DNA of 64,000 nucleotides from Octopus vulgaris (lineage: Eukaryota), in the NCBI GenBank assembly GCA_951406725.2, contig OX597816.1, positions 79,236,001 through 79,300,000 on the forward strand. The letters run 5' to 3'. A program made the translations under genes and the position numbers. Position 1 is the first letter of the stretch; every line of letters begins with the position of its first letter. Shown here piece after piece: positions 50,950 through 62,786 of the stretch. The notes under the pieces were generated by a model. That model saw nothing but the letters and a program-made list of their open reading frames with translations, did not search any database and was not told the DNA's origin.

Positions 50950-52855
50950 AACGCAATGCGATTGCAATAGATATTTTATTGGTTTGAACAATATTTCGAC
51001 AGCTTGACTGTCTTTGTCGGGTACAAAATGAAAAGTGATACGTAGAAATTTAAAATTGTAGAAATTCAAATTCAAAAATTCGAACGAAGGCAACCTGCAT
51101 TCTCACGTTGACAGAATGACATCATCAGTCTTCAATTTTCAAGTTTACAAAAAGAAAAAGAAAGAAAGAAAAGGAAAAAATATTTAATCAAACAGTTTTG
51201 TGTAAGCATAATGAAATTCCCCGGTCATTTTGTTCATCCCTTCAGTGTATGAAGTTAACAACTCACAAACATATTTCTCCTCATGTGTTTTGAGTATTGA
51301 AAGTATAGCAGATTCAGAATATTTTCTGAGAATATACATTTTCAAGTCTTTTTCAAAATTGCTGCCATTTGTTGTAAAATGTTTGGCAAGTTCTGTCGAA
51401 CTACTGTTGTTGTGCTCGACGTCATATCTGTGCCTATTGACTCTTTTGTTAAATTTTTCTGCATTCTGCTGTGTACACCAAATGGGAATTTCTACACATC
51501 CCGCCTTCTGTGTAGATCATAACATTTCTGTTTTGATTCCTGATGGAAGTGACTTGATTCATTGATGCACAATGAATAGGGCTTACCTCCCTTGCAGTTG
51601 TTTTTCAAAGTACGTGCAGAAACTCTAATGTTAGTTTTCTTGGAGTCAGAAGTAGAGGTTAACAATTTTCTTATATTTTTATTCCGTCTAATGGTTACAA
51701 TAAACGTCTGAGGAAATGTTTGCTTGAAACGAGGAAATTTTTCCACAGCATTCTAATAACTTTCATGAAACACTTTTGAAATCCCAGTGTAATTTTGGTG
51801 CCAGTTAATCACTAGAGGTATTCTGTCACATATTGTACGTTGCTAAAATTATGTGTGAAAGTTTGATTTTCCTTAATAATCTTAGCTGTCATTTGCAATT
51901 TCCTTTAAGCATGGTTCACTGTAACAGTGCTTGACATAATGGTGTACAAAAGCACTTGCATGCTTCCAGTAATCCACTATATCAGTACAAATCCATTTTA
52001 TCCTCAAAAATTAGGATTTCTGATTTTACCGAATTATATGATGTGGATGATTGGAGGTAAATGTAGGATGATGTGGGTTTGCTAAAAAACTGTCACTATC
52101 TTGCCTCCAGAAAACTTAACTTTTGTGTTCAAAAATTCAACGCTGGTTCTTGAAAAATTAGATGTAAATTTTATGTTGGACTTAAAGCCATAGTTTTTAG
52201 CATAACAGTCACGGAAATGCAAGAAGTCAAATAAGCTATCCTGTAAGCCTTCCCAGACTAAAAAGAAGCCATCTATGAACTGTAACCAGAGTATTGGTGC
52301 ATGACCATGTAAGGATTTGAATGTCTCCAGTAACTGTGTCTCGAACTTCGTCATGAATACATTAGCAAAATTAACTACCGTGGAGGTACCCATGGTGCAG
52401 CCCCTCGAGTGGTAAAATTTTTGTTCAAACTTCATTATGTTACTTTGTAACACAAACCTCAATAGCCTACAGAGAAAATTAGATGGAATACTTTTGTTTG
52501 ACCGTTTTTCGAAGGCATTCATGCTTGCTTCTACTCCTTCATCGTGGTCAATATTGGGATATAAAGAAAAAACATCCATGATTACCAAAAAGCAGTTTTC
52601 GACATTTCTCCTGTGCTTAAAAATTGACTCTCTTGAGAGTGAAATGAAGGAAACGAAGGACAGACTTCAAAAGATCTTTTTGTATTTCATACAATTTCCC
52701 AGGGTCCTGCTATTGCATAATTATTTGATAGTTATTAAATGAAGTCACAATTTACAGATGCTTACATTTTTTTAATTTTCATCGCTTTGAAACTGCATCC
52801 TGTTTACTGACAAAATTCCATGCTGCATCATTTTTATGTTTTCTGTGAAGTTTTT
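50950..52855 (-). mobile_element. Decayed Penelope-like element (RT plus GIY-YIG region, 3' pseudo-LTR)
   Basis: DVFSLYPNID, RGCTMGT..VNFANVFM, WLQFIDGFF, VEFLNTKV, RRNKNIRKLL. Confidence 0.85.
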
Positions 52856-52889
52856 ATGGGTCCAGTTAGTTATTATTATTATTACTAAA

Positions 52890-52989
52890 GCTATGAGCTG
52901 GCGGAATGGTTAGTGGGTCAAACAAAATGCTTAGGTGCATTTCATCCCTACGTTCTGACTTCGAAATCTACCAAGCTCAACTTTACTGT
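52890..52989 (+). mobile_element. Nin/Deu-type SINE 5' half, split by the Gypsy insertion (3' half at 58272-58385)
   Basis: ...CAACTTTACTGT | CATCCTTTCTCGGTC... rejoins the SINE core. Confidence 0.75.
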
Positions 52990-53401
52990 TGTAACAGGAT
53001 CTGTGTCAATTCACTGAAAGGGTGTCGATCCGATCCAGCCACATACAATTTAGTAAGACATAACAGACGAAGTCCGGTTATAGGTGAGACAGCAGTTTGT
53101 TTATTAATTGCGATGGCGTACGTGTATCTGATGGGAGAACGACAGCCTCTGATGTACAGCTTCTTCTTGTTCGTTTGTTGAAGTTGTTCGATGTCGTTCG
53201 CGGCTAAGTCGGTGAGGTTATCAGAGTCCTCGAAATGCACGTCTGTTCGCGTTGGCCGTCAGCCCAGAGAAAATGATTTGAGTTTAGCGGGCCTAAGGGA
53301 TCGTTTCCCGCACATGCGCATGGGGAAGACTTCCGGTGGCCACCCGGAAGTAGTCCCATTCTGCGCATGCGCGCTGAACCCTACACAGTAGCATCACTAC
53401 A
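52990..53401 (-). repeat. 3' LTR
   Basis: 6 substitutions versus 57856-58267 by eye; preceded on the minus strand by PPT GAGGGGGAGCCT. Confidence 0.95.
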
Positions 53402-53535
53402 AGGCTCCCCCTCGAGTGCGAAAGTACGACAACAAGAAAATTTGTGGTGGTGCTGCAGAAAAACAGATGGCTTGCCGATCCCCCAGATGACTTGGTACAT
53501 AATATCATACAAAACAAGAAAAATTTGAAAGAAAG

Positions 53536-56500
53536 TTAAATATAGATTGTCTTTGAAAGTTTCTTGGGCCAATGCACTGTTCTGCCCGATCGTGTAACAT
53601 ACGGTGTGCTCGGGGCACCCGTTGACGGCGAGGGTGGTGTTGTAGGAGCCGGTGAAGGCAAAGGCGTCTGTGCAGGTGAAGGTGTTTGTGCAGGTGAAGG
53701 TGTTGTTAAAGGTGCATAGGTGGGTGTGTCAAGGTTGTCATCAAAAGATGAAGACGTCTCAAAATACGCTTTTTTTAATCGGCCCACGGAAACGGTCTCC
53801 GAACGACCATTTATCTCAATAGGGAAAACCTTTGGTGTGCGAGAAAGCACACAGAAAGGTCCTTTATAGGGAGAAACAAGTGGGCCCTTGACAGAGTCGT
53901 CCCGAACAAAAACATGCGACCAAGTGTCCATATCCGGTGGAATGGTGGAGATTGCTTCTTGGGAACCATGGGTGGAAGGTTCGAAAGATATGCACGCAGT
54001 CTGGTGACATAGGTCGCCGGATCATGGGGCTGGGAAGTGTCTGGCACCAACATCGTACCAGGCAATGCCAGTGTGGTACCATACAGCAGCTCTGCAGCAG
54101 AAAACCCCAGGTCTGCCTTGACAGCAGTCCGACAGCCGAGAAGCACAATGGGCAGAAATTCAATCCAGGACTGTGGGTCTGAAGAGGCACGAAGAGCGGC
54201 CTTGAGCTGTTTATGGAACCGCTCAACTAATCCATTAGACGCTGGATGGTAGCTTGTAGTGTGGATATGGTGTACACCTAAAATTCGCGACAATTCGCGA
54301 AATAGCGAGGCTTCAAACTGACGTCCACGATCAGTTGTCAATCGGGACGGGACTCCGAAGCGAGAAATCCAGTTTGAAACGAAAGCTCGCGCAACAGTCT
54401 CAGCAGAAATGTCTGCTATCGGAATGGCTTCTGGCCAGCGGGAAAAGCGATCGACACAAGTTAACAGATAAGAGAACCCGCGACTCACAGGCCATGGTCC
54501 AACCAGATCGATGTGGACATGGCAGAAACGGGCCTCCGTGGGGGGAAATTGTCCAAGCGGGGCACAAACGTGCCGTTGAATTTTTGACCGTTGACACTTG
54601 GAGCAGGTGCGTGTCCAAGAAGTAATAGTGCGACGCATATTCGGCCAGAAAAACCGAGCAGTGATTAGTTTAAGGGTGGCAGCGATTCCAGGATGTGATA
54701 AGGAGTGCAGTGCTTCAAACACTGAGCGTTGATGGTTCTCAGGCACGAGTGGCCTGGGAGAACCAGTGGAAGTATCACAAAGAATGGTGCCTTCGGCTGA
54801 CGGAAGCGGAAGGTAGGAAAACTAGCAACAGGAGAACTTGGGAGAAGTTAGGTCTAACGACGCCAAAGGTGGCTACTCCTGCGAGATGGCAGCTAAGTCG
54901 ATAGCAGCAGGAGACGAAAGGGCGCAAACTGGAAGGCGAGAGAGAGCGTCAGCAGGAACGTTCTCTTTTCCAGGTATGTGTCGAATGTTACTAGTGAATT
55001 GAGAGATAAAATCCAGGTGCTGGAAAGCACGAGGTGAGTGTTTGCCCGTTTTTGAACACAGGGCAAACGTAAGGGGCTTGTGATCCGTATAGATCACAAA
55101 ATCTCGCCCTTCAAGCTGATGGTGGAAATGACGAACCGATAGATAGATCGCTAGGAGCTCACGATCAAAGGTACTGTATCGTCGTTCAGCTGGTTGCAGT
55201 TGACGGGAAAAGAAAGCCAGAGGTCGAATATGATCATCCACTGTGTGTTGTAACACAGCGCCAATCGCAGTGTCCGATGCGTCTACAGTCAAAGAGAGAG
55301 AAGCACCAGGAACTGGATGTGCAAGCAAAGAAACAGAAGCCAGCTCCTTCTTAATGGACTCAAAGGCTGTCACTGCCTCAACAGAGAGGGTGACTTGACT
55401 GTCCTTTCTAGGAGTATCCTTTAATAGCCTGGTGAGAGGTAGTAGCTTATCTGCACAACCGGGAATAAAACGTCTGTAGAAATTGATCATCCCTAGATAA
55501 TGCCTGAGCTGGCGCAAGGAAGTGGGGGGTGCGATGCGTTGAATGGCATCGACTTTTGACGAGAGAGGGCTGATTCCACTCGAATCAATATGATGGCCCA
55601 GAAAATCTAGGGAAGAGCGTCCGAAAACACACTTGTCGGGATTTATACGTATACTATAAGCGCGAAGACGCTGAAAAAGCTGAGAAAGGTGCTGGAGATG
55701 ATTTTCACGTGTGTCGCTCGCAATGAGTATATCATCGACATAGGCAAACACAAAATCAAGACCGTGGACAACCTCATCAATGAAACGCTGGAAAGTGCTA
55801 GTAGCATTCCGCAAACAGAAACTCATATACAGAAACTCAAAACACCCAAAGGGGGTAGTGATCGCCGTTTTCGGAACGTCGGCTGGGTTGACCGGTATTT
55901 GGTGGTACGTGCGTATAAGGTCGACCTTCGAAAAAATGGTACAACCATGGAGATTTGCCTTAAAGTCCTGGAGATTTCTAATCGGATATCTGTCGGCTAT
56001 TGTTACGGCATTGAGGCGTCGATAGTCTCCAACCGGGCGAAAATCAGACTCGCCCTTTCGCACCAAATGAAGGGAAGATGCCCATGGGCTGGTGGAGGGG
56101 CGTATAAGGCCAAGTTGAAGCATGTGCTCAAACTTGGCCCTAGCCGTTTTTAGTCGGTCAGGTGCAAGGCGCCGTGGGCGCGAAAATACAGGCGGCCCAG
56201 TGGTGGTGATAAAATGGAGGGTCGAGTGGATAGGCTTTTCCGGTTTAAAGGCAATGTCCACTAGCTCCGGAAATGAAACCAAAAGAGAGTGAAAAGGGTC
56301 TCCAGAGGTGGCAACAAAGAATGTCGGGCTAAGGACCGCATTGGTGGAACTCCCAGTCGGTGTAGAGAGCGACGTCGTGCTATCAAGAAGCCTCCGACGC
56401 CTGACATCCACCAATAGATTAAACCTATCCAGGAAATCAGCGCCGAGAATAGGATGCGGGATGTCAGCGATGACGAAAACCCATTGAAAATCTCGACGAA

Positions 56501-56747
56501 GGTTGATGTCGAGGCGCAGCGAAATCTGACCGTAAGTGGTTATGGGAGACGAGTCAATAGCATGCAAGACAATTGAAGAGCGCTTGGGCTTGTCTGCAGC
56601 CAGACGAAGGGGCCAGATGCTGCAACAAGAGCCGGTGTCCACCATGAAGAATTTCTTCGACACCAGATCTTTTACAAAGAATGCACGATTTTTGGGAAAC
56701 GAAATGGAAGAAGATGACGTGCTCACCTCCTCCGGATTTAGTTTTCC
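53536..56747 (-). pseudogene. pol: pol (protease, RT, RNase H, integrase), disrupted near 54870 and 53940
   Basis: [38 protein letters not shown]...[29 protein letters not shown]. Confidence 0.95.
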
Positions 56748-57480
56748 GAGGGCTTGAAAGTGCACGGCTGGGTACACCGATCTGCCTTTTCGGCATACTT
56801 TGAATGGTACCAGCACCAGCCGGAACGAGAAACAGAGTCACTCCGACTACAGGAAATAGAACTACTGCGACTACGACTGCGAGGTTGGCGCCCGATCGCA
56901 CGGCACAGATCATCGATTCTCTGCGTAAGCGCATCGATCTTCTCGGCTAGTTTATCGTTCGTCGGAGGTGTCGGAGGGGGCTCTGTACATGCGTACAGGG
57001 CCCGCGAGGGAGATGGTCGCGAAAACTCTAACACTTTGTCGGCCATCGTGGCGATCTGGTCCACAGACACAGACTCCGGTGCCGTGGCCAACACTGTCTG
57101 CACGTGGGCAGGCAGCCTGGAAAAAATATTTTTCGTAAGAGCGGCGCGTCTGCTGCGTTGCCGCTGAGCTCCCTTAGATGGCGCAGGAACTGGGATGGAG
57201 TTCTGTCCCCCAACTGCTCGTCGGCCATCAGTTCATTGAACTGACTTTCCTCCGACCGCGTGTTGCGGCGGAGGATTTCTGCCTTTACTGAAGCATATGT
57301 GGCGTCAGGGTGGGGACTCATAATGAGATCCCTGACCGATGTGGCGAGCCGGGAGGGCAAACTTGAGTACAGCAGATGTAACTGCTGTTGTGGAGGAATG
57401 GTATGCGCGGCAAAATGGGATTCCACCTGGGCAAGCCACAGCCCCGCATCCCCCGTGAATGAAGGCAAACCTGAAGCCAT
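56738..57480 (-). pseudogene. gag: gag, one frameshift near 57120
   Basis: LPSFTGDAGLWLAQVE, LGDRTPSQFLRHL, CWYHSKYAEKADRCTQPC. Confidence 0.9.
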
Positions 57481-57844
57481 GCTTTTGTCGGAAGGATCGT
57501 CTGTCGGAAAGGGGCAGAAGGTATGATCGAGAAATGGAGAGAGAACACGTGAAACCGACAAAGCAAATCAAAATGGTGTTTTGTGTACTGGTGTGTGTAC
57601 CTCGTGGGTAGTAAAAAATAAGTGTGTGTGTGCACAAAGGAAAACAAGGTACAGAAAAGAAAAAAAAAATGTGTGTGTGTTTTCTTTTTTTTTTTTTATA
57701 GTGTACTGAGTGCGATGAATAAGCTTTTTGTTTGTACCCACCACGCCGTTCTGAAAGGAAAAGAAAAAATGAAAAATGAATGTTCAGTGCTCTATCTGGC
57801 AAAACCTGTTCGATGCGTCTTCTGTTCTTTTTTTTTTCAACTTG

Positions 57845-57854
57845 GGGTCACCAA
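57845..57854 (-). promoter_or_regulatory. Primer-binding site, probably tRNA-Trp
   Basis: Minus strand TGGTGACCCC just inside the 5' LTR, complementary to the tRNA-Trp 3' end ...GGGGTCACCA. Confidence 0.75.
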
Positions 57855-57855
57855 T

Positions 57856-58267
57856 TGTAACAGGATCTGTATCAATTCACTGAAAGGGTGTCGATCCGAT
57901 CCAGTCACATACAATTTAGTAAGACATAACAGACGAAGTCCGGTTATAGGTGAGACAGCAGTTTGTTTATTAATTGCGATGGCGTACGTGTATCTGATGG
58001 GAGAACGACAGCCTCTGATGTACAGCTTCTTCTTGTTCGTTTGTTGAAGTTGTTCGATGTCGTTCGCGGCTAAGTCGGTGAGGTTATCAGAGTCCACGAA
58101 ATGCACGTCTGTTCGCATTGGCCGTCAGCCCAGAGAGAATGATTTGAGTTTAGCGGGCCTAAGGGATCGTTTCCCGCACATGCGCATGGGGAAGACTTCT
58201 GGTGGCCACCCGGAAGTAGTCCCATTCTGCGCATGCGCGCTGAACCCTACACAGTAGCATCACTACA
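57856..58267 (-). repeat. 5' LTR
   Basis: Direct repeat of 52990-53401. Confidence 0.95.
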
Positions 58268-58394
58268 CTGTCATCCTTTCTCGGTCCATATAATAACGTA
58301 CAAGTTAAGTACTGAAATTGATTTAAGCGACTTCCTCCTCCATTTCCTCCTAAGATTGCCGGTCTTCTGGCAAAATTAGAAAGAATTATTATAA

Positions 58395-59055
58395 GTAGCA
58401 AGCTGGCTGCCTCATTACTGCATTGAAAAAAAATACTTTGTAGCATTTCTTCTTGCTCTTTACACTGAGTTCAAATACTGCCGAGATCAACTTTGTCTTT
58501 CATCCTTTCGGAGTTAATAAAATAAAGTACCAGTTTAATTCTGGAGTCGATGTAATTAACCTCAAAATTTCTGGGTTAAACCTTGTGCCAATAGTTGAAA
58601 TAATGGTTTCAAATTTTGACCTCTGGGCCAGTAAGTGGATAACAATGAGCTTAGGCTTCAATAGGTATATATTTTTTTTATCTACCCATAAGGATAAAAG
58701 GCAAAACCAACCTCACCGGAATGTGAACTCAGAACGTAAGGATGGACTAAATACCACAAAACATTTTGCCCGGTGTGCTAACGATTCTGCTTGCTTACCA
58801 CCTTGAAATGATAATTATAATTATAAGTTTTTTCTAAGTTGGCGAGTAAGAAGAACTGTTACTGCACTGAATAAAATCCTTAGTAGTATTTCATTCGTCT
58901 TTACATTCTGAAATTAAATGTCACCAAGGTCGACTTTGCTTTTCATCCTTCCGTGGATGGTGAAATACCAGTTACTTGTAAGTAACTGGGACTGATGTAA
59001 TCGACTTACTGCTAGAACTGCTAGACTTGTGCGAAACTTTGAAACCATTATTTCA
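58395..59055. mobile_element. Cluster of three decayed Nin/Deu-type SINEs (+,-,+)
   Basis: ACTTTG.CTTTCATCCTT core at about 58490 and 58935; reverse-strand copy at about 58690-58800. Confidence 0.7.
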
Positions 59056-59059
59056 ACTA

Positions 59060-60310
59060 TAAGCACTAATCCATTATCGTTTCTACTGTGGAAAACAAAT
59101 GGTTACATGCTAGGATTTTCAACTGCTAGAAATATCAATGTAACTCATAATTTCTTTGTAGACGACATGAAGATTTATGCCAAAAAACAACTGGAATTAA
59201 TAACATTTTCAGCAGATATAGGCATAGAATTTAGCCAAAAGAAATGTTCATATTTGGTTATAAAACGAGAAAAGTCAGTGCTCCAAACCCAAAACCTGTG
59301 CATCAATGGTCTTTTTATCTCCCCCATTCCACACAAAGAATGTTACAAGTACCTAGGCATATACAAAAATGTATCATATGAAGCCACTGTGAATAAAGAT
59401 AGAATGACCCAAGAATATTACACCAAACTTAGCAGTCGGAACTCTCCTCTTACAAACAACAAAACAATGTCCCATAATGCATTTCCAATACCAGTGATGA
59501 TCCCAACATTTGGGATATTTGATTGGTTTGTACAGGAAATCCACTCCATAGATATCAAAACCCGCAAAATTGTGACAACAACTGGGAACTTCCATAGAAA
59601 GAGTGATGTTGACAGGCTCTACCTAAGAAGAAATGAAGGTGGTAGAGGCCTGAAATAAATGCAGATGGCCTTCGAATGCTGTATGGTATCACTCAGGCAG
59701 CACCTGCTAAACAACAGCAGCAAAAATAAATATATAAATGCAGTGCTGAAAAGTGAAGTGAGCAACATTGTATGAGTTGGCAGTAAGCTCCTCAAGAAGC
59801 ATTCTCTTCCCGATGATCTTCTATACAGCTCCAAATCAGTTAGGCTCTCTTACCTCAGAGAAGACCTGAATGGAAAGCAGTCAGCATGCAAAAAAAAAAA
59901 AAGACTAAGCATGGGCATGTTGCCTGGAAGCTTGAAGAAGACAGCAGAATTGACATGAAATGCTGCCTTTCTTGGACACAAGACCACTACATCACACCAC
60001 ACTTTGAAGGCTATGCATTTGCAATCCAGGAACAGGAGATTGCCACAAAGTACCTAGTGAACAAGAGAGACAGTGACGTTCTTGTAATCCCAAGATGCAA
60101 CACATGTGTAGGCTGCCATGTTTCTGTGGAAAATATTATGTCCTAAAGACATTACATCCTAAAATGTCATCAAGGTACTACCTTCCTATGTAGCATGATG
60201 TTGTTGCTAAAACAATTTACAATGCCATCTGCAGAAAAGTCTGTCCTGAAATAAACTTAGAAAATCCCTGTTATGGAAGGCATTCATAAACACCAACTGC
60301 ATAGAAGAGA
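59060..60310 (+). mobile_element. Decayed R4/Dong-clade RLE retrotransposon (RT to CCHC region)
   Basis: HNFFVDDMKIYA, YKYLGI, HRKSDVDRLYLRRNEGGRGL, EGYAFAIQEQEI. Confidence 0.85.
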
Positions 60311-62094
60311 CTATACATACATAAATGTGTGTGTGGGGGGGAGGTCTGTGTGTGTGTACAGTGATAGATTCGAGGGTTTTGCATATTTAGGAGTTAATTT
60401 TCTTAATTTCACCAGAGTATAAATACCAATAATGTTGATACTTAAAAAAAAAAAAAAGAAAATCCAGTTCAAATAAAAAGCACGGTTAAGCAATGCATTG
60501 TAATCCACACTAATTTGTGAAAAAAGGTATTGCCCCTCAGATGCCTATTTTTTTGCTAGTTTTGTTTTAGCTTTTTGGTTGATTTGAGTGTTGGCAGTGT
60601 TGATAGTGCTGAATAGCTCTTTTGTGAATTTTCTTTCTCTTTTCTTTACTGTCTTACTAGAAGTGTCGTGTTGCCATGCATTCCAACAATTAACACAGTG
60701 ACTCTTGTTTTCTTTCATCAGTTTGGTGTTGTGTTTGGTTTCTCTGTTATACTGTAGTAGCCAGTTTTGACTAAGTTAATAGAAGTACACAATCTCTTAT
60801 ACGAAACCTTGCTAAGCATGTTTAGGAATTTGGAATTTTTCAGATTTGGGGAATGGTAGTACAGTCTATTCATATCCTAAGTCTTAGTTTCCAGAAATAG
60901 CTAAGTTGGTACCTCAACTTTAAAAAAAAATTCTGATTAGCACGTCTTGATCATAGGTTGATCTTAGGTTTTGAAGATACCATCACAATGTATTGACAGG
61001 CCTATTCTAGTAGAAAACGGAGACATTTTTACCAAATTACTATAGTTGCAAGAAAACTACCACTAGTTAGCTTAAGATAATGTTATTTTATACATTAAAC
61101 AAGACACCTATGTACCAAATGCCTTGCAAAAGTATGTAAACACAGCCTAGTAAATGTATTGTACAGCATTGCTAATTTGTGTGATGAATATTCACTTTCA
61201 GTGAGATTAAAAAATCTTCAAGTAATATAGTTAATTTTTTTAATAGTAAACTGTTAAATGAAATGTGATAAAGATAGACCATACAATTACCAGTGTATTA
61301 TTTTTTTTTGATCTCTAATTAAAACATTTTCAAAGATTTTCAGTTTTTGGAATTATGGATAAGACTTGTGTGCCTGTAGTGTCTTTTCTGGTGCCAGAAA
61401 GTATTATTATTCTGAGTTTGTGCTATTTTTATATCAATCATTTTGTTTTTTGGTTCAGTGTCACTAAATATTTTTCTGTTTAAATAGTATCACAGTTATT
61501 ATTTTTGAAGATTAATTTAATCATAGATTTCATTTCAGATCAGTATGGAGTCCATTTCTCATTTCATTTGAAATTTCTTTATTTCTGTTGATATTCCATC
61601 AGATGTTAAATTTAATTGTAATTCAGACATTTTTCAAAATGAATTCACACTGTTACCTACAAGAACTAACTTTTAATTGGATTTGTTGCCTAATGGTTTA
61701 TTTCCCCACTGCACTTTTTGCATTTCCCCGAAACATTTATATAAATGTTTGCCAGTTTACTAACTGTTTATATAATATTCATATATTTCTCCCTGAAGTC
61801 ACAAATATACTGACAAACACATTGCATTCTTTTAAAACGAGAATAGGTTAAGTTTTTATTGTTTAAAGAAAGAAGTAAGCTATAAGAAAGCATTACTATG
61901 AGAGAGAAAAACTCACAAAAACTGTCAAGCAACAAGTGGAACATCTAAAATTAGGCACAAAGAACACATACACTCTTAAATTGTATATTAAACAAACGTG
62001 TATCTGTCTGTCTATCTAGCTGTTATATGTATGTGAGTATGTGTGTGTGTGTATGTGTTGTGGGCTATCTATGTACATGTTTGTCCATCGAAGC

Positions 62095-62440
62095 AACGAG
62101 GACCATTTAGTCATTCTACAGGGGTGAATTATGCATGATTTCTGCTGATTTGTGTAGTGACTGATTACAATGAAGAAGTGTTGTGCACCATCAGCCTCAC
62201 CCTTCTATCTGTGACCATCTTCAATCCTGCAGTATGGCCAGGTCAAGAGGACTGCAAATGGAGACCGATGTGTAGGTGACCAAGATGTCTTTTTCCTATT
62301 GCTCTCTGCACTCCACAGTGCTAGCAAGCATATTAACCAATTGCTGACATACTGACAGGTGCTTGTACTCCAGGTCAGAGAAGAGCTGGAAACAATAGTG
62401 GCTAAGAGGTGGTTCCACACTCCTCGACATTCCTAAAATT
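62095..62440 (-). mobile_element. Decayed RTE-like LINE 3' fragment
   Basis: Residual RKRHLGH and ILQD.RW-like peptides. Confidence 0.35.
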
Positions 62441-62596
62441 TTGAACCAAATGCAGGGCTCGCTATATATAACACATCTATATACAACTATCTATATATAA
62501 CTATCAATATATAGCTATCTATATATAATACATAATGCAGACATGGTATCAGAATAGAATATTTTTGGAGATAGAAGATGAAACAATATTACATCA

Positions 62597-62752
62597 ATAC
62601 ATACATACATACATACATACATACATACATACATACATACATACATACATACATACATACATACATACTTATATATATATGCATAAATATGTCTGTGTGA
62701 GCGTGTATGTTTGTGTACACATGTGCATGTATGCCTACACATACAAACATAG

Positions 62753-62785
<33 letters not shown>
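62597..62785. repeat. (TACA)n and (CA)n microsatellites
   Basis: Direct reading. Confidence 0.95.

Positions 62786-62786
<1 letters not shown>

Larger units (their letters stand above)
52990..58267 (-). mobile_element. Full-length Ty3/Gypsy LTR retrotransposon
   Basis: Two 412-bp TGT...ACA LTRs, TSD CTGT (52986-52989 and 58268-58271), PBS, PPT, gag-PR-RT-RH-IN order. Confidence 0.97.

Noticed and set aside
53937-57526. Plus-strand ORFs within the Gypsy element (antisense or env genes)
   Set aside because: Shadow ORFs of GC-richer gag-pol; no room for env between the integrase and the PPT
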